A stretch of 24,046 bases of DNA from an uncultured Fidelibacterota bacterium (lineage in GTDB: Bacteria; Fidelibacterota; Marinisomatia; Marinisomatales; UBA1611). Below are positions 17,626 to 24,046 of this stretch, piece by piece (position 1 is the first letter of the stretch; each line of letters opens with the position of its first letter). The notes beneath the pieces are model-generated. The model had not been told where the DNA came from and did no database searches. It worked only from the letters and a program-made list of their open reading frames with translations. The stretch covers positions 1 through 24,046 of the forward strand of contig CAJWHW010000028.1 of assembly GCA_913040915.1 (NCBI GenBank), read 5' to 3'. The translations under genes were made by a program, and so were the position numbers.

Positions 17626-18210
17626 TTATGCTTCCGGCTTTTGGCCATTTTGGGGAGAAATTTCTTTTTCCAAAATACGTTGAAATATTTTATTGATGAA
17701 TAAAAGGCGTTCAGATTCTTCATTGATCTCTAAGATATCTTTTTTGATGGGGACAGGCAGCTCTAAGCCCTGAAGAAATTCATAGGAAATCTTTTTATTC
17801 ATGTGCACTTCCAGATCTGTATCGACTCCAAACCTGAGTAGTACTTTTAAATATGTGTCCTGTAATTCTTGGATATGAATCTCATTTGTGTCGGCCCCTA
17901 TAGCTAGGTACTCAACTTCACCAATCATCGTATCACCATCCATTTCTGTGCTTATCACATCAAACAGATCTGTACCCTTCACTAAAATATCATATTCTCC
18001 GTTTTGGTATTCTTTGAACACTTTTGTTACAATGACCCTGCATCCTTTATCGAAAATCTGTCCTCCTTGCTTAAGAATAATGCCGAAAGGTTTATCATCA
18101 TCGAGGAATCTTTTTACCATTTTTTTATATCTGGGTTCAAAGATATGTAATGGTAAACTTTCATATGGAAGCAGGACTAATTCTAAGGGGAAAAGTGGAA
18201 GTCTAGACAT
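17626..18210 (-). CDS. Lon protease N-terminal substrate-binding domain protein (standalone)
   Basis: LPLFPLELVLLPYESLPLHIFEPRYKKMV signature; 194 aa with no AAA+ or protease domain. Confidence 0.9.
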   Translation of the reverse strand: MSRLPLFPLELVLLPYESLPLHIFEPRYKKMVKRFLDDDKPFGIILKQGGQIFDKGCRVIVTKVFKEYQNGEYDILVKGTDLFDVISTEMDGDTMIGEVEYLAIGADTNEIHIQELQDTYLKVLLRFGVDTDLEVHMNKKISYEFLQGLELPVPIKKDILEINEESERLLFINKIFQRILEKEISPQNGQKPEA

Positions 18211-18335
18211 AATCAGTTTGTACTTTTATAAAAGTTTAGTATTATAATTTTTCTTCATCTATTGATTATTGATTCAAAGCTTACGCATCTCTTGCCCTAT
18301 CTTTCCAACAGATTTTTATTTAAGATTTCTGAACA

Positions 18336-18467
18336 ATGAAATTCTACAAAGAAATTAAATCAGGCGGGTTATATTTTTTCATCACATTTTTAAAATGGAT
18401 GGTACCCATTTTAATTATCATCCTTTTACTACTCTTAACTAATTTTCTCATTTCTGTTTTAACATAA
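18336..18467 (+). CDS. possible small single-pass membrane peptide (43 aa) upstream of the MFS gene
   Basis: MKFYKEIKSGGLYFFITFLKWMVPILIIILLLLLTNFLISVLT*; stop 2 nt before the MFS ATG; no SD. T-rich DNA can give hydrophobic ORFs by chance. Confidence 0.35.
   Translation: MKFYKEIKSGGLYFFITFLKWMVPILIIILLLLLTNFLISVLT
18390..18414. repeat. perfect 9-bp inverted repeat (operator or hairpin candidate)
   Basis: TTAAAATGG-ATGGTAC-CCATTTTAA, ending 55 nt upstream of the MFS start. Confidence 0.5.
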
Positions 18468-18469
18468 AC

Positions 18470-19696
18470 ATGCTCAAACTTTTAAAAAACAAAATATTTA
18501 TACTTTTTTTCATGGGAAACATCATTTCCCTTATTGGCTTTGGGTTTAATATGATTGCAGTAAGTTGGATGGTACTAGAAGAAACTGGTTCCGAGTTTAC
18601 TCTTGGAAAAATAATGGCCACTGCAACCATTCCAGGTCTGTTCCTTGCCATTTTTGCTGGCGTAATTATCGATAAAGTAAATCGTAAATGGCTTATGGTT
18701 AATCTGGATATTTTCAGAATGTTAATTGTATCTGGTTTTCTGGTGATGTTAAATTATTACGAATTCCAACTTTGGTTCATTTATCCAGTTGCTATTTTAA
18801 TGGGGCTTGGGAATTCCCTTTTTTGGCCCACCGCACAAGCATTTGTACAGGAACTTGTTTCTGAAAAAGATTATTTCAATGCAAATAAACTGCTCTCAGC
18901 AAGTTACCAGGTTGGTTCAATCATTGGTGCTGGCCTAGGTGGGTTTGTAGTTCATTTTTATAACCCTATAACTGCACTTTGGATCAATGTATTTTGTTAC
19001 ATTGTTTCTGGTATCCTTATTACCCTAGCACCGTTTAAGCAAACAAGACCAAAACCAGAAAAAGAAAACTTGATTACTTCACTATCAAAGGGATTTTCAT
19101 TCCTTAAAAATAAATTTGATATTTTAACTCTGGGTCTGACAACAATACTTTCCGATGTGGCCATATGGGGATCTCTCTCTGTTCTTACTATTACAATTTC
19201 AAAAGAAATATTTAATAGAGGTACCTGGGGTTACGGCATGATGGAAGGTCTGTACGGAGTTGGCGCATTACTTTCAACAATAATTGTAGGTTTTGCTGTT
19301 AAAAACATAGGCCGTAGCTACTTTCTACTTATGTGTTACTCTGTAGCAGGCTTCATGTGTTTTATTGTCCCTCATATGCTCACAATATACCATGCGACGA
19401 TCACATTTTTCTTTATGGGCTTATATAATAATTCCGCTAGGATCATTGTGCGAACCATCTTTATGGAAAATATACCGAACCAGATTATGGGCAGAGTGCA
19501 AACAATTTTCGGTGTTTACACAAGATTAATGGTTGTATTAAGTGCTCTATTGGCAGGATGGATCATAGAGAATCACAGCATCATACATGCTGTTAATTTT
19601 ACTGCATTACATTATCTGTTTGCTTTGGTAGGAATCATTGTTGTGATGTACACCTGGGAAAAATCCTACAATATACTTTCAGATAAATTAACCTGA
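18470..19696 (+). CDS. MFS transporter (DHA3/MFS_3-like)
   Basis: About 12 hydrophobic segments; motif A GVIIDKVNRKWLMV; C-terminal-half IPNQIMGRVQ. Confidence 0.9.
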   Translation: MLKLLKNKIFILFFMGNIISLIGFGFNMIAVSWMVLEETGSEFTLGKIMATATIPGLFLAIFAGVIIDKVNRKWLMVNLDIFRMLIVSGFLVMLNYYEFQLWFIYPVAILMGLGNSLFWPTAQAFVQELVSEKDYFNANKLLSASYQVGSIIGAGLGGFVVHFYNPITALWINVFCYIVSGILITLAPFKQTRPKPEKENLITSLSKGFSFLKNKFDILTLGLTTILSDVAIWGSLSVLTITISKEIFNRGTWGYGMMEGLYGVGALLSTIIVGFAVKNIGRSYFLLMCYSVAGFMCFIVPHMLTIYHATITFFFMGLYNNSARIIVRTIFMENIPNQIMGRVQTIFGVYTRLMVVLSALLAGWIIENHSIIHAVNFTALHYLFALVGIIVVMYTWEKSYNILSDKLT

Positions 19697-20514
19697 TGCC
19701 AGAATTGCCTGAAGTTCAAACTGTAGTTAATCATATCAGGGATGATCTGATTGGTGAAAAAATAAATACTATAACTCCGGTATGGCCCAAAGTTTTACAT
19801 AATTTTCTACCAGAAGATATTAATAAAAAGCTTAATGATAAAATTATCACCGATGTCTACAGGAGAGCAAAGTTCATTATTCTTCAATTTAAACATGGAA
19901 TTATTGCAATCCATCTAAGAATGACCGGTAAACTTTATATTCTTTTAGACAAACCTTATCCTAAACATTGTTCAGCCCTGATCAATCTGGCTAGCGGAAG
20001 AAAACTGATCTTCGAAGATGTAAGAAAATTCGGACGTTTCTATCTATATGATAATGTTGAGCCCATCAATAGTCGTCATGGACCCGAGCCATTAGACAAT
20101 AATTTTAGAATCGAAACATTTCAGAAAATGCTGAATAGTAGGAAAAGAAATATAAAAGCACTCCTATTAGATCAATCATTCATCTCAGGGCTTGGGAATA
20201 TATATGTGGATGAATGTTTGTGGAAAAGCAAAATCCATCCAAATTCCATCTCAAATGCCATTCCGAAAAAAAAAGCAGCTACACTCCATTTCCAAATTCG
20301 ACAAACACTTCAGGATGCAATTAAGAAACAGGGAACAACTATTATAGATTTTTCTGTTAATGGAGAATCTGGGAAATATGCCAATGAGCTGAAGATTTTT
20401 GGCAGAGCGGATTTAAATTGTCTTACCTGCAAAAATAAAATTAAAAAAGGCAGAGTGGCCGGTAGAGGAACTTATTCTTGCCAAAAATGCCAGAAAATTT
20501 ATACCGGGTATTAA
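19696..20514 (+). CDS. mutM: formamidopyrimidine-DNA glycosylase
   Basis: N-terminal MPELPEV, HLRMTG, DVRKFG, H2TH motif LLDQSFISGLGNIYVDE and zinc finger CLTC...CQKCQ; TGATG overlap with the MFS stop. Confidence 0.97.
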   Translation: MPELPEVQTVVNHIRDDLIGEKINTITPVWPKVLHNFLPEDINKKLNDKIITDVYRRAKFIILQFKHGIIAIHLRMTGKLYILLDKPYPKHCSALINLASGRKLIFEDVRKFGRFYLYDNVEPINSRHGPEPLDNNFRIETFQKMLNSRKRNIKALLLDQSFISGLGNIYVDECLWKSKIHPNSISNAIPKKKAATLHFQIRQTLQDAIKKQGTTIIDFSVNGESGKYANELKIFGRADLNCLTCKNKIKKGRVAGRGTYSCQKCQKIYTGY

Positions 20515-20697
20515 TAGTAAAATCAATCTTAATCTATAAATAATTGGATTTTTATTCACTCCATGAAAATTATTTTATTCTAAAAATGTAGATTAGGATC
20601 ATATGTTATCATCTGTGATATTTGTTACTTGATTCATACCAGTATTCTTTATTTTTTTTTAAATTTGAGAGCGGAACCATTCAATCGAGGTATTTAA

Positions 20698-23142
20698 ATG
20701 ATCATATCCATGACTATGAAACAGATTCTCATATTCATAATACTTATTATAAGCCCTGCCTTTGGAAAATCCAAAGATGTAAAAGCTGATGCAGGTAGAG
20801 ATATTCGTGTGCCAAATAAGACTACTATTTTACTGGATGCTTCGAATTCTAAACCAAAAAAGGAATTAAAACATTATGAATGGTCTTTTAAAGAGGAAAT
20901 TATCTTCAAAAGTGACTACGTGCTTCATGAAACTGACTCTGTAATATTTCATGAACCAAAGAAGGGGACGAATGATAGAGTAAGTATTAAAAAAATAATT
21001 ACCAAAAATAAATTTATTGAGCTCACTGTACCCGATTTACCGGTCGGAGAAAAATTCCCTGTGGTTCTAAAGGTCGTAGATAATAAAGGTAATGATGATT
21101 CTGACATAGCCTGGATAAAAATAATTGACCCCACAGAATTAAATGAAAATTACAATTTTACTAATGTAGTATTGGAAGAGGGTGACGGTTGGATGGAAAC
21201 CACAGCATATAAGAGACCAGACGTAAAGATCTGGCAGGAATACCTTATCAGAACCCATAAAATGTACAGAGTAAGAGTAGATGGAAAATTTGGGCCGCAA
21301 ACAGCGAAGGCAACCTGGAAAATCTTTCGACCAAATAAAACCGAAAAACAGCCGGAGATTGTAAAAGTTACTCACGACATGTTTATGCTGGCTCTTGCAG
21401 AATCATTAGAAGGTGATCGTGAACTAGATTTGTATTCCAAAATCAATCCTAATTTTATTTCTATCCAACCAATCAAAAAAAGCAGACTAAAGGCCATGGA
21501 GGTAGAAATAATAAATGCTTTTTTATACAAGGAGATTCAAAAACTAGGTATTGAAAAAGTATTAGATCCAAACCGATTCATACCTGATTCAATTCGAACA
21601 CTTAAATTAGTAGACAGAGTAATAATTAATGCAGATACATCAATTACTTCGGAAAAAAAATATAGTAAGTACGGTGAGGATCTCTCTAAACCCACTATTG
21701 TAATTCTTGATACTATCATCACGAAAGATACGGTGATAACCTATGAAGAATATGGAGCGTCAATTACTATCGACACGCTCTCATTTAGTGAAACTATTGA
21801 TACTGTTCTCTACTATAATTTTAATTGTATCACTGACTCCTGTGCGGCAGAAAATGCAATCTTGGAAGGAGTTGGGCAAGTACTTACCTGGGGTATCAAT
21901 GAATACTCCGAACTTGAGATCCATTTTTTTAAAGCATTAAATCAATTGAGAAAAAACCCACCCTGGGTTTGGACATCATCGCCAGTTACCCTGGATCCGA
22001 ATATCTTAGAAAAATTTCATTACCCTGAGGCTCTGGCAGTCACAAATGATGGAGGACTATTGGCAGTGGCAGGAAATGACCAAACCGTGTATAAATTAAA
22101 TTTAAATCAGGATGCTTCTGTTCTCTTGCAGAATAAAATTTTGGGGAAAATGTTGCTTCACCCATCAGGAATGGATGTAGGTCCCAATGGTATCTTATAT
22201 ATAACTGACAGAGATAACCACCGTATGTTTTCTAAACTGGATGATGAATATGTATCCATCTTGAGTGCTGGGAAAAATAAAATAAGAAACCTGAGTAATG
22301 ATCAGATCAGTTATCCGTCAAAAGTAGCCGTTGGCCCAACCGGAAGCATTTACGTGCTTTACGAAGGCAGTGACTGCGTTATAAAACTCAACCAAAATTA
22401 CGATATCAGTATAGTTCTGAAGCCAGGCAGGATCGATGGCATCAGAGATATAGCCGTGAGCAATAATGATACTCTTTTCATTGCAAGCCCATCCACAAAT
22501 AGAGTATACAAAGTTATAAATGATTCTACTGCAATTCCCTTTGCTGGAATAGAAGGATCGAGTGATATGGTTAAAAATAATATCCCAGCCACAGAATCGT
22601 ATCTTGGATCGCCTGTGGCGATTGATTTTGATAATGTGGGTAGATTGTATATTGCGGATAACAAATTTGGATTACTACGTAGAGTTGATAAGGAAGGAAG
22701 CATTACCACTCTCTTTGGAATAAATAATAAGATTGAAGGTATTGGAAACATGCGAGTCTCAAAAGATCCAAATCCAATTATATTTATTTCTCAACCTCTC
22801 AAACATAAAATACAGAGAATTTCATTGAACCGTGTGTACCCCTGGCGTACAGAAATAAAAATCAATAGTCCTTACCACATCATTAATAAAAGTGGGGTCT
22901 ATGGTCTGGAGCCAGAACTTCAGAGTGCGGTGGCAGCTGTATTGAGTGGAAAATTAACTTTGCCGAAGGATGAAAAAACAATAGGCCAACAACTGGCTAA
23001 AAATTACCGTTTTATATCTGACTATATGGTAAAGCACCCTCTAATATTTGCTTTACTGCTTATTCTACTAAATCAGAGTATCTCATCTAACGAGGGCGGA
23101 GTCTCGATATTTGATCTCCCACCTGATTTCCCCAACATATAA
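20698..23142 (+). CDS. exported mosaic protein: PKD-like domain, peptidoglycan-binding domain, NHL beta-propeller, C-terminal hydrophobic segment
   Basis: RBS GAGGT 6 nt upstream; signal peptide ending AFG; PKD-like ADAGRD...LDASNS...YEW...LKVVDNKGNDDSD; PG_binding_1-like DVKIWQEYL...VDGKFGPQTAKA; NHL repeats YPEALAV, HPSGMDVGPNGILYITD, YPSKVAVGPTGSIYV, SPVAIDFDNVGRLYIAD. Confidence 0.75.
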   Translation: MIISMTMKQILIFIILIISPAFGKSKDVKADAGRDIRVPNKTTILLDASNSKPKKELKHYEWSFKEEIIFKSDYVLHETDSVIFHEPKKGTNDRVSIKKIITKNKFIELTVPDLPVGEKFPVVLKVVDNKGNDDSDIAWIKIIDPTELNENYNFTNVVLEEGDGWMETTAYKRPDVKIWQEYLIRTHKMYRVRVDGKFGPQTAKATWKIFRPNKTEKQPEIVKVTHDMFMLALAESLEGDRELDLYSKINPNFISIQPIKKSRLKAMEVEIINAFLYKEIQKLGIEKVLDPNRFIPDSIRTLKLVDRVIINADTSITSEKKYSKYGEDLSKPTIVILDTIITKDTVITYEEYGASITIDTLSFSETIDTVLYYNFNCITDSCAAENAILEGVGQVLTWGINEYSELEIHFFKALNQLRKNPPWVWTSSPVTLDPNILEKFHYPEALAVTNDGGLLAVAGNDQTVYKLNLNQDASVLLQNKILGKMLLHPSGMDVGPNGILYITDRDNHRMFSKLDDEYVSILSAGKNKIRNLSNDQISYPSKVAVGPTGSIYVLYEGSDCVIKLNQNYDISIVLKPGRIDGIRDIAVSNNDTLFIASPSTNRVYKVINDSTAIPFAGIEGSSDMVKNNIPATESYLGSPVAIDFDNVGRLYIADNKFGLLRRVDKEGSITTLFGINNKIEGIGNMRVSKDPNPIIFISQPLKHKIQRISLNRVYPWRTEIKINSPYHIINKSGVYGLEPELQSAVAAVLSGKLTLPKDEKTIGQQLAKNYRFISDYMVKHPLIFALLLILLNQSISSNEGGVSIFDLPPDFPNI

Positions 23143-23196
23143 TCAGATTTTTCAAAAATTAATTATCATTCTAATAGATCACTATAGGAGTTGATC

Positions 23197-24046
23197 ATGA
23201 ATAAAATAATCTACATGCTAATTCTAATGACTGCGATAGTTACGGGGCAACATAGACGACAACTATCTAATCATACAGAAAATGTGGGACAAACTAATCA
23301 TAAATCTGAAGCCCAAGATCGAAATGTACCCAAGCTTTTATCATATCAGGGGCTTTTAACCAAAGCAAATGGGAAAGGCGTGCAGGATGGCACATACGAT
23401 ATTACTTTCAGACTGTATCAGGATTCGGATGGAGAAATTCCATTCTGGGAAGAAGCTCAAAATGTGGTGATTGCCGATGGCATTATTAGTGTGACTCTTG
23501 GTAAGAACGTTGAAATCGGTGCCATTCCAACAGATGCTTATCTTGAGATCGAGATTAATGGAACAACGTTATCACCTCGACAAGAAATGACATCGGTTTT
23601 TTATGCCATGGTTTCAGATACAGCTAAATATGCACAAAAAGGTAATTATACGGAGCTGGATAGTTTGCCTGACTTATCCCTATATGCAAAAAAAGACACA
23701 CTTGATAATTACTCAACCACATCCAGTTATGAATCTGTAGCTTTCACCGGGGATTACAATGACTTGAATAACCTGCCAAATCTGGATCTGCTCGATCAAA
23801 GCGATACACTTAATTTTTATGTAATGACCGATAGCCTCAGTGCATACACACTTACATCAGGTTTATCTGCGGTTGCCACAACTGGAGAATATAGTGATCT
23901 TTCCGGTGCACCAGATATCTCTGTATATGCTACCAATGATACTTTAGCAAGCTATACTCTTACATCTGATCTTGCTGCACAGTATCAGCCGGCAGACGCT
24001 GATCTGGACGACCTTGCAGATGGAACACTATCTGCAAGCAAAGTTG
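23197..24046 (+). CDS. 5' part of an exported tail-fibre-like/adhesin protein (runs off the window)
   Basis: RBS AGGAG (23186-23190), ATG 23197, open for 283 codons to the window end: MNKIIYMLILMTAIVTGQ...VPKLLSYQGLLTKANG...DGTYDITFRLY...WEE...DGIISVTLG...YLEIEINGTTLSPRQEMTSVFYA, then G.Y.DL...P repeats. Confidence 0.85.
   Translation, partial: MNKIIYMLILMTAIVTGQHRRQLSNHTENVGQTNHKSEAQDRNVPKLLSYQGLLTKANGKGVQDGTYDITFRLYQDSDGEIPFWEEAQNVVIADGIISVTLGKNVEIGAIPTDAYLEIEINGTTLSPRQEMTSVFYAMVSDTAKYAQKGNYTELDSLPDLSLYAKKDTLDNYSTTSSYESVAFTGDYNDLNNLPNLDLLDQSDTLNFYVMTDSLSAYTLTSGLSAVATTGEYSDLSGAPDISVYATNDTLASYTLTSDLAAQYQPADADLDDLADGTLSASKV
23641..23979 (+). repeat. degenerate protein-level repeats in the fibre-like protein
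   Basis: GNYTELDSLP (23641), GDYNDLNNLP (23749) and GEYSDLSGAP (23884), each followed by 9-aa blocks such as DLSLYAKKD/TLDNYSTTS and DISVYATND/TLASYTLTS. Confidence 0.75.

Noticed and set aside
499..22751. Short alternative-frame or antisense ORFs in the track (e.g. 499..693, 2547..2849, 8404..8703, 10641..11012, 13291..13719, 17888..18247, 22398..22751)
   Set aside because: They overlap well-supported genes and have no motifs. The similarity between 10641..11012 and 13291..13719 simply mirrors the paralogous receptor plug domains.
23197..24046. Prophage tail gene
   Set aside because: It has a Sec-type signal peptide, and there are no phage structural, integrase or lysis genes in the window.
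1..24046. CRISPR array, tRNA/rRNA (including tRNA-Sec), IS elements, riboswitches
   Set aside because: By eye, no spaced direct repeats, cloverleaf, transposase ORF or recognisable riboswitch core in the short intergenic gaps; an Infernal/Rfam scan would be needed to exclude small RNAs.

Overview
AT-rich bacterial chromosomal segment from a diderm organism. Protein style and gene content suggest an FCB-group marine bacterium such as Marinimicrobia (inference). A left-reading cluster runs Omp85-family barrel with N-terminal zincin and PD40 propeller > radA > tgt > Nudix hydrolase > bcp. Divergent from it are an LpxH-like phosphoesterase, a HEAT-repeat lipoprotein, a multidomain exported protein and two paralogous TonB-dependent receptor-like genes. 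Then come an ActP-like sodium:solute symporter with its DUF4212 partner, a Lon N-domain protein, an MFS transporter, mutM, a mosaic PKD/peptidoglycan-binding/NHL protein and the 5' part of a tail-fibre-like exported protein. The strongest hidden signal is that the 84-aa ORF at 307..561 is only the C-terminal half of a 151-aa BCP/PrxQ peroxiredoxin (762..307). Its catalytic Cys codon is an in-frame TGA followed by a SECIS-like hairpin, so it is a probable selenoprotein. Other points: a TGT lacking its normal Cys3His zinc site, two small membrane ORFs missed by the ORF track, and a candidate surface-fibre locus at the right edge. No CRISPR array, rRNA, tRNA or mobile element was seen.
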